The notes under the pieces: generated by a model
Databases searched by the model: none
What the model saw: only the letters and a program-made list of their open reading frames with translations
What the model was told of the DNA's origin: nothing
In this document: in pieces, positions 38,074 through 51,769 of the stretch
How positions within the stretch are numbered: the first letter of the stretch is position 1
Layout of the letters: every line of letters starts with the position of its first letter
Origin: Psammoneis japonica
Taxonomy: Eukaryota
Length of the DNA stretch: 64,000 nucleotides
Reading direction: 5' to 3'
Assembly (NCBI GenBank): GCA_008632985.1
Contig: QPGO01000066.1
Coordinates: 327,771 to 391,770, forward strand
Program-made: the position numbers and the translations under genes

Positions 38074-39612
38074 ATGAAGGTTCGACTCTTGCTCATATTG
38101 TCGCTCTTGCCATGGAGCTTAGGTGAGCCATGCGGTGACACCCCACATGACAAATGTCGTGGATTGGGGGGTTCTTTTATTGGTGACCGGAGCTGCATTG
38201 GTCATGACCGTGCTTGCTCACATCAAAAGGCATCAGTCGTAGAGACCGGGTCTTGCAATAATGTGCGTGCATGCTTTGGGGTACGGCGTGGAATCATCAA
38301 AAGCCGCAGTTGCAACCGGGAAGGCGCTTGCCAAAATCAAAAACTCTCAGTGGTAAATAAATGATCTTGCAATGGCAAACATGCCTGCCAAGGGACCTTT
38401 AACACAACAATAAAAGAGAACAGCTGTAACTGTGGAGGGTGCTGTGCGTTCTGCTCTCACGTCGTCATTCCCAAGAATCAGTGCAACGGAAGAAAGGGAA
38501 GATGCAAATTTTGCCCAAACATTGGGAACGACAGCTGCAAGTCAAACAAAGCTTGCTTTATTGCAACAGATACGAAAATTGGGGATAAGTCCTGCAATGG
38601 AGACTTGGCATGCACTTGCAGGAACTGTCAGGGGTTAGTTAATGCAACAATTGGAGATGAGAGCTGCAATGACGAGATGGCTTGTAGAGGTGCTGTCGAT
38701 GCTACCATAAAAAATGAGTCTTGTAACGGCCACGGTGCTTGTTTGTCTCTCCAAAACGCGACAGTTGGAGAAAAAAGCTGCAACGGTAGCGGTGCTTGTA
38801 TTAATCAACGAAACGTGACAATCGGAGTTAAATGCTGCAACGGTATCGAAATTTGTTACGGTCTACATAATTGTGTGATTGAAAATGGCTCCTGTAGAGG
38901 TACCTATGCTTGCGACCAAGTTCATAACAGCACCATCAAAACAGAATCCTGCAAAGGTGGATTTGCGTGTGACCATATTCGTGACATGAATGTCAAAGGT
39001 AACAGCTGCAATGGAAAACGCAGTTGCGAATTTTCAGAATTTTCAGTGGTTGGCAGTGGGTCTTGCAATGGGAAATACGCATGCGAAAGTATATTCCATG
39101 CAACAATTGGAGAGAACGCTTGTAACTGTGACGGGTGCTGCAGGTTTTGCACCAAGGCGATAGTGCCCAAGAATCAATGTAATGGCATTTCAGGTGAATG
39201 CAAATTCTGTCCTCCTACTCGAGCTGGCAACGGGAGCTGTGAACGCCCTTATTCTTGCTTCGAAGTCATAGACTCGACAATAGGGATAAATTCTTGCAAA
39301 CGTCTTTATTCTTGTACTGTACTGACCAATTCAACGATCGGAGACAACAGTTGCAATGATAGGTCTGCGTGTGGGAGCAGTGCTGATAATACGGTTGAAG
39401 ACTACAGTTGTAACCAAAAGCAAGCGTGCGAGAATCAGGAAGGCTCCATGATCAATCATGGGTCGTGCAATGGTTTCGAGTCGTGTCGGGATTTAGTCAA
39501 CGCCACCATCGGACCTAATAGCTGCAACTGTAAAGGTTGCTGTCTGGGTTGTTCCAACGTCACAATACCCGAGAACCAATGCAACAAAGGAGAGTGTAGC
39601 TACTGTCTGTAG
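38074..39612 (+). CDS. Secreted Cys-rich repeat protein (~18-aa IGxxSCNGxxAC repeats), ~512 codons, with one in-frame TGA at 38362-38364
   Basis: Signal peptide MKVRLLLILSLLPWSLG. The repeat register continues in frame across the TGA. Many N-x-T/S sites. Normal TpA content. Confidence 0.8.
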
Positions 39613-40845
39613 GAACAGTACCGGCAGCAACATCGATCTCATCTACATGAAATGTTTCATATATTGTTACTTGCATATTGTACATTGGAACGAGTTTAGA
39701 AGAAGCTTGAGGGAAGCATGCTACCGTACAGGTAATGTGGTTAGACAGCAAGCGCAAAGCAAAGGAGCACAAGATTAGCTTGACTCTGGCATCGAATGTC
39801 GCTCGATATGGTAGGACAGAGGACCGCAAAGGCCCATAACATTATTATTAGGCTACACAACACTGTTTAATGTCGACACCCGTCCAGACTCGGGGTGACC
39901 TGTCAGGATCCCAGTCATGACTGAGGCCTGAAATAGTTTTCAATTATTTTGCGTTCATTTCTTCTGACGCTCTCCTCTTACCGACTGCATCTTTTACCTT
40001 GTCAACAATTGTTTCTCGCACGCTTGCTGTGCGGTTTCTCGTGGTGCTTAATCGATTGCTTCGGATCAATCCCATGAAAGATGAGACGCATTATCCCGTG
40101 CAAGAGTGCCACCCAGCGCCAGCAAGTTTGCATTTTTCGACAAATGGAAACGTTGCTTCACATGGAGCAGTTTTCGTAGTCCCACTCGTCTTATCCGGTT
40201 TCGGAACACCGCCTTTTTTTTTTGCTCTCATTACAGTCGTACGCCTTGGCAAGAAAGGAAAAATGGGATCCCGTCACAACAACCGCACGACCGTCCATTC
40301 TAAAGGACGCTCGTACATTTGCACCATAATCGTAATTGGCAATGCTTCCAAATCAAAATCACTCCCCTTGTCTCTCCACCACGAGCCATTGTCAATTCAC
40401 ACGTCCCAACCAACGTCATCCAGTTGGTCGACAATGCAACATGACACCCGACAACAAGACCGTACCATGCTCCTTATTCATTGCCCGAACTTGTGTGTTA
40501 TTTTATCGCGTCCCACATTTTTCCTTTCACCACAATCTTGGCAGTTGCATGAAAAATCGAAATTTTCATTTTTCCCTGTTTTTCGCGCGTTTTCAAACAC
40601 ACACGCAAGAGAGCTTTGCGCGTCACCGCGCAGCGGCGCGGCGGGTCCATAGATCTTGCGGTGTAGCACGCATGCCGACCCCCGATGCTGCCGACTGATG
40701 CCAATGAAGCGGCATTGTCATCGTCAACGTTGGCATGTGGATAAAAACAGAAGATGCCAAGACACTGCCGACCAAGAAAGGAATGACAATGCAACTGAGC
40801 TGTTGAGTTTTGAACTTCAAACTGCTGCCTCCAGCTGCCGCTGTC

Positions 40846-41651
40846 GACGCGCTCCAGACGCAGGCGGGAATCCGCGTGGCATTGGGCCCGTAGATTCCTG
40901 CATGCAAGCTCCACAGTAAAATGACAAGGTGATGAATGTGTCAATGATTGCCAACAGAAAATGAGGCAATTTTGCGAACACACAAACTCGTCGACAGACG
41001 CGCTCCAGCTCCAGGTGGGACCTCACAGTGCTGAACTGTGACATCAACAGTTTTTTGGATCTCGCCGCATGTCGCGCACGCAGATGGCTACGTGTGACAT
41101 TCTACGAAATTGTTTCATACTTCCCATTTTGCGAAGCCAAATGCTTTCTATTTTCAACACTCACGACAATGAAAATGCGCTGGGTGCATTCTTTGGTGTC
41201 TGCAGAACATGCCCATGCAAACTGTTGTTCATGCACTGCAAGTGTGAAGGAGGAGATGCGTTCGTAAAATTGCCTCTTTTTCTGTTGGCGATCATTTGCA
41301 TTTCATTTGATTGACAATTTTGGCACAGAGCTCGCACGTGGAAGTCTGCAGGCCCAATGTCACACGGAGTCCCACCTGGGATTGGAGCCCGTCGACAATT
41401 GAAGCGCGTCATGCATTTGCTTTTTGCTCAGCCAGCTGCGCTCTTCAGACATTGAAGAATGTGCCAGGCACATTTGTGTTCCCACAATTTCTTCAAATGA
41501 AATGTCAAGGGTTTCGCAAAAAGCGAGTCTTGACAATGTTTTGGACAATCACGTGCAGAAATGTGTGCGCGAAACATGCGACGGATGACAAAAAACAATT
41601 GTGTCACACGTCAGCACTGCGAGCTCCCACCTGCAAGGGCTGGAGCACGTC
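40846..41651 (-). mobile_element. Related MITE (TSD TGTC) carrying a nested same-family MITE at 40997-41393 (TSD GACA)
   Basis: Outer ends GACGCGCTCCAG / CTGGAGCACGTC flanked by TGTC. Inner ends GACGCGCTCCAG / TTGGAGCCCGTC flanked by GACA. Confidence 0.8.
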
Positions 41652-44629
41652 TGTCACCTCCTTCTCGATGCTCTGTGCAAACCAAAATGTGAGATAAAAG
41701 AGACTGTCACATGCACCCCACTTTTCACCACCACTGTTGATCAATTGCACCTTGGGGTTTGCCACGGAGTGGCGTGTTGAGTGCTCAGTGTTTTGAGGTC
41801 AACACATGCAATCCTTGAACCATGCTTGCCCCCCAAAAGATGCACCTTGTCAGTCTTTCTTGACACTTGAATGGGCAAAGGAGTGGCAGCTGTTGAGGCC
41901 TGTGCATGACCATCCAACAACCTCATGGAGGACAGCTGGTCAGAAAGGGCCTCTGGGCACTTGCACACATCCCTGCTGAGCTCTTTTTCTTCTTGGGATT
42001 TTGCTGCCTCCACCAGCACAGCATGCAGAGAATCCATGTCCACACTTTGACTGGGCCAGTCAGAGGTGCACTGCAAAAACCAACCTTTGCCCATCACCAC
42101 CAGCTCAAAGACAGAAAGATCAGAGCAACAATGACAAGCACCAGACTTGTTCCAGACTCAGGCGCGCTCACATGCAACAAAATGACCCTTTTTGCATGAA
42201 ATGCACAGTCCACACTTGTGTCACCATTTTCAATGGTTAAAACATGGCAATTTTCAAATTTGTTGTTGTGGGCATGTGCAGAAAGGTCTTGTGCATGTGC
42301 CCATGTGTTTGAAACTCTGGATGGACCAAGTCTCATTTGCCAAATTGTGTGCTGCAAGATGAGAGCTCGATTTTCCAATGAGCAATTTGTGAATGTCTCA
42401 ATGTGAAAAGACAAACACAAAACATTTTTCTCACACACAAAGTGGCTCTTCATCACAACAAAATTAATCTTTTGTTGCATTGCGCGAGCACAGGTCACAC
42501 TCTCAATGGATTGAATGAGGCATTTGTTGATGAACAAGTTTCAGAAGACATGAGAAGAAGTGCAGCTCAGCCCACACAATGGCACTTTACTTCAGACCAT
42601 TTTTCACTGTTTGAAAGGCACAAATGACTGACGCAATTGCATCATTTGACAGAATGGAGGAAAGGCATGTGGCGCTGGAGCTTTGTTTTTGGTGGCTTGT
42701 GCCTGGTTTGTGTGTGGCTGGAACATGTTGTTTCAGCCCACTGTTTGCAGCCTCAAAGTTGTTGGGCACAGTGCAAGCCAGCCTCAAGCACTGTGCTTTG
42801 GTGGCAAAAAGGCATTTTGAGGTTGATTTGCAGCACTGCATGCACCACTGTCAAGCACCTTGGTGGTGATGCATGCACCGTCATGCACCATCATGTGGCT
42901 GCTCTTGGCTGCTTGCGCCACAATGTTGAAGCAGAATTTTTTGTCTTTCCAGCAGCACACGCACACTGTGCTCTTTTTACATTTTCTTTTTCTTCCCTTT
43001 TGTGGCAGTTGACCATTTTTTGTTTGTGTGCCTTGACCAACTTCCAGCTGGCAACATGCTTGTCATTGAGTGCCCTGTCTGTGCATCAAAGACAAGATGG
43101 CCAGGCACCGCCTGCATGCAAGGTGGTGGGGGGCATGTCAAGCACACTGTGCTTGCCACAGCAGTGGCTGCTGCTTTTTTGGGCCTTTGTGTGCATCAAA
43201 GAAGCTCACTGGTCCAAACTGTGTTGCCCGTCACCTGCAATTTAACAGGCATGCTCAGCTGCAGCACCTGCTTCCTCTGGCAAGCGACAATTGTCCACGA
43301 GGAAACACCACGCCATTCTTTTTGGGCCACACAACACAGTGCTGCTTCTGCACAATTGTGGTTGCACTCACAACCTGATTCAATTTCGACATGGATCTTC
43401 ACGTCTTGGTGAAACACCGTGCTTCGCGAGAATGACGACAAGAATTTGGCCGCAGATTGCCCAAAACCACTGATTTCGATGACAACACACCACTCATTGG
43501 TCCTCCATCACTCCCTGAGATCAACAATTCCATGACTCAGCACCACAAATCTGATTTTGTTGTTTGTGGAGCTGCTCCACCATTGTTGTTGAGCCAAAGC
43601 ACGTAAAACCCTGTACAAACAAAAAAGACGAGCTTCCATCAATGACACAGATGCAAAAACAGGCCAAACGTTGTTGTTTTGACACTTTCCACAATCGCTT
43701 GTGGGTTGATTGACAAGCCAGAGGCATCTCAGGGCAGCGGCAACGTGTTTTCGTGTCGGCAGCGGCAGCATTTTGGTCATTGTGGTGTGGTTTTGTGCCG
43801 ATTTGTGCAATCGCTGTGACGGTGCGCGTTCCGACAGCGCATCCAAAAAACATGTGGAAGCAGCACTGTGTCAAACGGCCCAAAAAAAACAACACAGTGT
43901 TTCCTCATGGACAATTGTTGCTTGCTGGAGGAAGCACCTGAAGTCCTCTGTCAGCACTGAACATGGGTGCCACAGCTGTTGCACTGCAGGTCGCACCCTG
44001 CAGACAGCAGAGAGTGCTGCCAATGTGCTCTCCACCTCTGCTGGGTGTGACACTGTGTGAAGCTGCCCCCACAGATTGGCAGCCTCCAATGAAAAAATCA
44101 GCTGCTTTCTTCAGGTGCTGAAAAATGCAGCCACCATGTCCTGGATCTGTGTTCCAAGAAATGATTGAAGCGAAGCTCTGCCTCAGCCTCTTTGCATGAC
44201 AGGGAGTGCAAAAAGCAATTTTGCAAAAAAGTGTGAACAAAAGTGTGCACAACTTTTGTGTGGTGCACAGTCAAAAAACATGCTGTGGCAGCCTGGCAAT
44301 GCAAGGCCCCATGCCCAAACCTGGAGCATGTCTGCACAAGAAGAAATCCAAAAGTTCTGCAGGTCTTTGCCATGCTGAGCAAAAGTTGACACACATGGTC
44401 ACTTGGTTGGATCTGTGCAACACAGAAAATTCCACACTGTCCAATCATTTGATGGCAATGTTTTTCATGTTGTGTGCTTCTGGAGCAGCAAGGGGCTGAA
44501 ATGGCCTGAGATGAGGACAAATGACTTTCCAGTTGAGAGTGCTGCTGAAGCTGCACATTGTTTTCATTTTCATGAGGCAGAAATTTGATGCCAGCAAGGG
44601 TGGTCATTTTTGTTGCAGATCTTTTGCTT

Positions 44630-46665
44630 GTCAGTTTGGTTGTTTTGCCCATTTGAGGTTTCCCCAAAATGGCCAGGGCAAGGGGGAGTCACCTTGTCCT
44701 TTTGGAGAAACCCCGGGAAACAGAGGGTGATTTTGTGGGAAGGAACACCTGAAAGGGCTCAGGGGAGGGGAACAAAAACTGATGGAATGCGGTGATGCAT
44801 GTCAACTGCAGTCAGGCTGGCATGCTTTTGTCCCCATGTCAACCAACAAAGTGCGACAATGACAATGTGGTGCATCAACACATCAACACAAAGCGCACCC
44901 TTGCAGCAGAGCACAAAGAAAGACAAAACTTTGCCGTTGAATCAGCCATGTTAACATTGCTCATGTGAGGTTCTGTTTTTGCCTTGTCCTTTGCTCCAGA
45001 GCCCTTGTGGTTTGCATTTGTGACCATGCGACACAAGAAGGAATGCATGGCACACTGCGTTCTGCACATGAGACAGGTCAAAGGAAAGAACAAGCAAGAC
45101 CACTCAATCTGCCATGTTTTTTCAGCCTTGTGAGGTTTTGCTTTTGCCTTGGCCTTCACCCCAGATGCCTCATGGTTTGCGTTTGCAGCTGCGTGAAAAA
45201 ACAGAGTGATTCCAAACTGTTTGCTTCATTCTGCACCACATGAGGTGTGTCAATTGGAAGAGTGATCCTGACTGTTCAATCTGCCACACATTTGTCGGCC
45301 ATGTGCAGTTCTGCTTTTGCCTTGGACTTTGCCACAAAAGCCGCATGGCTTGCATTTGTGACTGCATGACAAAAGAACAAGTGCAATGATCAGTGTGCCA
45401 GTTTTCTGCTCAATGTTGTCTGTCACACTTGAGTTTCAATTTGTCTTTTTACACTGCAGATCACAGCATTGTTCACGCCAAGATTGATTGGCATCATCAT
45501 TGTTTGTCAAAAGCCATCACAAGTGAGATGCAAATGCACCATGGCATGTTGCCCATTTTTGCTGGGGTTGGTCAATTGTTGATTTGCGCATCTGATCTTG
45601 TGCCCCCAAAAGAGCTCAGTTTGGTTTTGCCATGAAATTCCCCAAAATTCCCTGGGATTGCCACCTTTTGCCACGTTTTTCTGCAGGAAGCATGAACTCT
45701 CAAGGAACAAGCACAAATGATGCTTCACCACATGCACACCAAATCCATGAACAAAAAACAACACATTGGCAATTCCCCGTGCTTCCCCTCTTGCACACTT
45801 CCACGTGTGATCTGCACGCCAGCACACATGGAACCACACACCAGGTGCACAAATCAACAATTGACTGACCACAACAAAAGTGGGCAACACACCATGGAAA
45901 GCTTGCGCCCCATTTGTGATGGCTTTTGTCAAACAACAATGATGCCAGCCAATCTCTTGAACACAGTGTTGTGATCAACAGTGCAAAATGGGCAAAATGG
46001 GCACCCCCCGTGCTGTCCCAAATGTGAGCCATGCAATGTCTGTGGCAAAGTCCAAGTCAAAAGCAGCAGCAGAGCTGTTCATGGCTGACAAAAATGTGGC
46101 AGATTGAACAGTCTTGCTTTTTCTTCCAACTGACACATCTCATGTGCAGAATGAAGTGGATCATTTAGAATCACACTGTTGTTGTGCAGCTGCAAATGCA
46201 AACCATCATGAGGTGTCTAGAGTGAAGGCCAAGGCAAAATCAGAGCTTTGCAGGCAGGAAGCAGGCTGCTGACAAAAACATGGCAGATTGAGTGGCCACG
46301 CTTGTTCTTTCCTTTGACCTTTCTCCTTCTTGTGTTGTGTGGTCACAGGTGCAAATTACAAGGGCTCCAAAGCAAAGGATGGGGCAAAAACAGAGCCACA
46401 CACAAGTGGCACTCACATGGCTCATTTAATGGCAAAGTTTGTTCTAAAGTTTGTTCTTTCCCTGCATGACGTTGGTTGTCATGGGGACAAAAGAACAACC
46501 ACCTGACTGTGATCACTGCACATTGCTGCACTTCATTTGTTTTTGTTCCCCTCCCCTGAGCCCTTTCAGGCCCTCATCTCCCGGGTTTTCCCCAAAAGGG
46601 TGAGGCAACCTCCCCCTTGCCCTGGCCATTTTGGGGAATCCCCAAATGGACAAAACCAAACCAAG
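44630..46665. mobile_element. ~2-kb foldback/TIR element with long inverted arms and a nested inverted-repeat element at ~45455-45980
   Basis: ccccaaaatggccagggcaagggggag...gaaagggctcaggggaggggaacaaaaac (44660-44780) is inverted at 46535-46640. A second pair of ~135-bp inverted arms lies at 45460-45595 and 45842-45975. Confidence 0.7.
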
Positions 46666-46694
46666 CCACTCATGGCGCCAGCTGATTGACACCG

Positions 46695-47810
46695 CCTTTG
46701 TTTCTGTCCACAACAAAAGCAACCTTCTAAGCAGGAAATGACAGTGAGTGAGACTTGCAACTTGCAGTTGTTTCTTGCTCAACTGTTGTGCATTTGGGAC
46801 AATTTTTTGACATTGTTCATTTCTGACAACAATGACATGCAATTGCTGATGGGATTGCACGTTGGCTGTGTGTTGCTTCATTGTCTGATTTGAGCATGTT
46901 TCATTTTGTCATTTCTGCACTGATTGATGCATTGTTGCTTCCTGTTTCCTGCCCTTGTTTTTCTCATGCTGCATCCTGCCAGCTCCAGTTGTCTCCTTCA
47001 CAGTCCCTGCACAAGAGTGCCCCAAGCATTTGCCAAGAAACACATGTCCCGGTGTGGATTGCCAGACGTGTGCAGAGCTGATCAGATGGAGAGCAATCAC
47101 AAGTGCTCTGCAAAGCACCCAGGGTCACATGCCCAAAAATGTTGCTCACAATTTGCAAGGAAAGATGCTGGCTGCAGCTGCCAGGCTCACTTGAAACTTG
47201 ACAGGCTTCAGTTCTGGGCAGGACTCTGCACAACATTGGGCCCACAGAATCATGTGCACAAGCTCCACAGTGCAAGAATTCAATTGATGGATGCGCACTC
47301 ATCTTCAACATCAGACAAAAGACCAAGTTTGCAGTGCATCCACACCTTTCCATGCTCAAAGTTTTTGAACATGCAACTGCCCTGCACCATTTCCAAGACA
47401 TTTGAGAATGTCACAGATGCAAAGAACATGTGCTGAAAGTTGGTGAATGGACAGCCCAACAATTGCACCACAAAAGGACAAAAAATGTTGCCAAAGTCAC
47501 ACAGAAATGCACCCACCCAGAGCTGGAGCTTGTCACTTTTGGCATCACCTCCATTGACAAAAATGCGTCAACCAAGGAGCAAGGAAATGGAACAAAGTTC
47601 CAAATGGTGTTGTTGGGTCACATGAAGAAGTGTGTCAGTTGAATTTCTGAGACTTGAGTGTTCAAAACTCAGAGTGGTTCTTGAAAACACAGGGGCTGGA
47701 GCTGCCTCCATTGGCAACAAAGCATTTGTGCCATGCTCTGCCAGAAGGCATTGCCCAACTGCCAACTGTGCCATCAGATCTGCAGATGTGCACATTGAAG
47801 GTGTTGGCCA
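46695..47810 (+). repeat. Dispersed repeat, copy B of 23236-24460 (with an internally deleted MITE at 47200-47534)
   Basis: Colinear with copy A. Many reciprocal TG versus CA differences. Confidence 0.85.
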
Positions 47811-47839
47811 AGTTGGGGCTCACCGAAGGTGCCATTCAG

Positions 47840-49790
47840 TCATGCCAGTTTGTGGCTGGGTAAAATTCACTCACAGATTCAAACATGTCCAATGTCACAT
47901 GGTGTTTGATGTCAAGACTGAATTGACTGGGAAAGCCTGACATGTGGTGGGAGGTTGCCAAATGGAGCCACCAAAAGAATTGACTCACTCCAGTGTTGTG
48001 ACACATGACAGTGTCAGGATGGCCTTTGCAATCATGGCATTTGACAATTTGGATGTCATGTGCATGGATTTCTGGAGTGCACCATTGTTGTGCCACTGCT
48101 GGTCTGGAATTTGGAAAGCAGAACAAGTGCAGCATGCAACTGTCACATGCATGTCAACAATTGTGCATCATTCACATGTCATCAATCGTGCCACAGTCAT
48201 GGATGTGTGTGAAGGTCAGAAAGATCACACAGAGTTGATTGCAAGTCAAAAATTGATCAACAGACAATGTTGACATGTCTTGTGTGTCAATGCCAGTTGC
48301 ATTTGAAAAATCTGTTGTCATGATTGTGTTCTCTGAAAAGGCTTTTTGTCTGTGGAAGCAGCGCAGAAGCTCCAGGCCATTGAGAGCATGTTCAGAGAAA
48401 CCAAAAATCACAGAGCAAAATTCAATCTCACAATTTCCACTTTTTGCCATTTGCTCCACTTTCATTCATGCTTGTCCTTTAAGCACAGTGCACAAGGGAC
48501 AACACATCAAAAATGTTGGGGCACTGTGTAGACTCAAGAGCTCAGGTGCTGGGTTTTGGGACCACATGGTGACTGCACTGTGTGAGGCAGTTTTCCAATC
48601 TAGCCAGGGCAACCCCAATGTGTGGGTTCACAAGGCAGTTAAGCCAGATGGCTTGAAGTGCTGGGAATGTGCACTCACACATGTCAATGTCCCACTGGCA
48701 GTCTCTCATGACCCTCAAACATTCATGGATTGTGTGGCATCTCATCGTGTGCTTGAGGAAGGAAGTGTCAAGGAACTGGAAGAGCACCTGGGTGCACAAA
48801 TCTGCAAATGCCAGCTGTCCAACTTGGACAGCAAGACGCATTCTTGGGCATTGTCCTTGGACTTGCATGTCAAGAGGGCAACCGCTGACAGTGAATTTGA
48901 GCTTGGCCAGGCAGGTCAAAGCCTCAACCAAGTCCAAGGCTTCAACCCCATTGAGCCAGGGACACAGGCAAGAACTCAATGGTTCTCCTGGTGACTGGTT
49001 GCCCAGAGGGCAAGTTGCCACCAGGGGCTCATTGGCATGTTGTGCTGGATGGTGAAATTGGGCCGGATTGACATCACAGTCACCATGCCCCTCATCAATG
49101 CCCTTGTGCCTGGTGGCACCAAGAGTCAGCCCCTTGGATGAGGTGCTTCACATCATTTCACATTTGCAAGCACATGCAAAGTCTGCAATGGTGCTCAACA
49201 ACGCCAAGCTCACCTTTGATCCAACTCACTTCCAGAAGTGTGGTTGGTCGGAACATTGTCCTGGGGCAGCTGAAGCTGTCCCAAGGGATGTCCCCAAGGC
49301 ATGGGGCAACAGCATCACTGCTGCATGTTTTGTTGATGCAGATCATGCTGGTTGTCGTGTGACACAACAATCCCACACAGTGGGGGTCATCATCTTTGTG
49401 CAACAGGCACCAATTTCATGGTTCTCCAAATGGCAAAATGCCACAGAGTCATCCACATTTGGGTCAGAATTTGTTGTGATGAAAGCAGCGGCAGAGCAAA
49501 TTGAAGCTTTGCATTGCAAGCTTTGAATGATGGGGATCCCGATTGAGGGACCTGCCAATGTTTTCTATGACAACGAGGCTGCATTCAAGAACTCAATGCA
49601 ACCAGAGTCAACCCTTGAGAAGAGTCATGATGCTGTTGCTGCATGTTGCCCGACATGCAAGGCGCAGGCTGCAGGAATTGTGCAGATTGCTGGGGGGGTG
49701 AAAACATGAATCTGGTGGATGTTCTGACTGAGCTTGTGCCCGGACCAAAGCTCCAAGAACTGATTTGCCACACACTGTGGTGAATTGGCT
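47840..49790 (+). mobile_element. Ty1/copia (CoDi-like) LTR retrotransposon RT-RNaseH remnant
   Basis: HMVFDVK, THSSVVTHDSVR, ALCRLKSSGA, KCWECALTHV (YWEY..YVDD), CFVDADHAG, ESSTFGSEF, MGIPIEGPANVFYDN. Multiple stops and frameshifts. Confidence 0.9.
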
Positions 49791-51769
49791 TGTCCAAAAC
49801 GGACAGGCCAGGATGTTCTTCTCCAAAATGGAGAGGTTTTGCCCACCCCAATTTGATGTTAGATTGCACCTGGAACAGGGTGGCAGCACAGAAGGTGCAG
49901 GTCATGTCAAACTGACCCGACTGGGACCAGTGTCAGCTCAACGGGACTGAGGGATTCAACCCATGCTGTTGCCAAAACAAGCATTGGGGCCATTTGGCAA
50001 AGACCACCAACACTGTTGCCCATTTAGTGGGTGGCGCAGAGTGACTCTCACAATTTTTAGAATCCTGTTTATTGCTGCAACAACACTTTTCCATTGCATC
50101 TTGTCAATTCTCAGTGACTGCGGCATGATTTGCTCAACCTCCGGTGCACACCAACAGGGGCAGCCTGCAACATCAGAGGTGCAAAAATGCACACCAATCA
50201 GCAGGGATTTTGCAGGGGAAGGGTGCTGCATTTGCTCAAGACCCTCCCCCCCCCCATGAACCTCGGCCACATGTCGGCAGATGCGACATGACCCCGTTCA
50301 TGCAAAATTTCCACAAATGTGACAAATGGAAATTGCCGCGCTGATCTTTCAAAAATTGTTGAATGTTGTGCTTTTCCATTGTCAATCCTTTTCAAGCAGC
50401 ATGACATTGCTGCATCTCATCATAACTTTGCAACTCTCACTCTCGTTGTTGTGGCTCGGCTCTTTGTCAAAATGGGTGCAGGTGCCAAGGAGCACGCACG
50501 CCGTCTTTCTCGAAGTTAAACATGTTTCAACCCAACACACCAGTTTGCTGGAATGGGTTTGCAAGTCACACTCAGCAACAGGAAGGAGCAATGTTTAGAT
50601 GCGCATGTTGTCCATTCAATGAGAGTGTGAAGACATTCGAAAGAATGCGCTCACTCGAGTTGACTTGGGGAGAAAAATGTGTCCACGGTGCGTGAGGGGA
50701 CCGAGCCACAAGAAGGGTCACGATGCAACGTGCCACAAAATTCCAAATGCTTCCAATTGCCATCCACCAGATGAACTGACTGTTCGAGTTCTGAAAGAAG
50801 TGTGACCCAACTTCCTTCTGGTGCTGCCAAACAAATGCAAAAACAATTTATTCAGGAGGGGTCCATTGGAGAATAAATTTCTTGCCACTCAAGAAGACGG
50901 TGGGCTGCCAAGTTGCTCGGTTCTAGACTGTTTGTGGGGACACATTCCCGCTGTGGATCCTTTACATTGCTTGGTTTGCACACCAGATGCTGGTTTACAA
51001 ACGCCGCCCATGCTGAACCCGAATCTCTCGCTCGTCGGTCCAACCGACATGACGGCACGCTTGACTGACAATGTTGGAGTTTCTGATCCGCCGGATTTTG
51101 AACATTTTGGTCCAGACTTTTAGTCAACAGTGGAACACATTTTGCACGAAGAACCTCTGAAACAATGAACGACTCTCCACGAACTCCCATCATCGCCCTT
51201 CCGCCCGGTTCCGACGCCGCCATCGCCATGGGTGCAAACAAGCGTTGGCTCGTTTGGCAATCCATCACTGTTTTGCTGCCCCACCAACCTCCAAGCAGCT
51301 AATTCTGTGGCAGCAATCCCTGCTCCAGAGCCAGCAGCACCTGCATCAAAGAAGAGAAGAAGAACTGAAGAATGATTTTGCTGTGAGGGCCGGAAGCATT
51401 GTGTGCAAAACGATTTGCGCGGTCGCGTCGTGCACACCTTTCCATGCACACAAAACCACCGCGGGATTCTTTTAGAGAGAACACATGTGTTGCAGTCAAT
51501 GTTTGTTGGCAATCCTGCGACAGCAATCCCCACTCCACAACCAGCAGCATCTGCATCAAAGAAGAGAACAGTTTTGGTGTAAGGGCCGGAAGCATCATGA
51601 TGTGTACAACTGAAAACCTGGTCGCATCGTGCATGCTCACACCTGCGGTTTTCTTCTAGAGCTGGTGTGTTGTAGTCAACTGATGTTCAATTCGTTGAAA
51701 GAGGAGCGAGATCCTGATGGTGCCAACCAACCACTAATGTGTGTCTTTCCGTGGCTGATTGTTCGCCGT

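Noticed and set aside
38362..38364. Selenocysteine codon
   Set aside because: It does not fall at a Cys position of the repeat, and no SECIS element was recognised.
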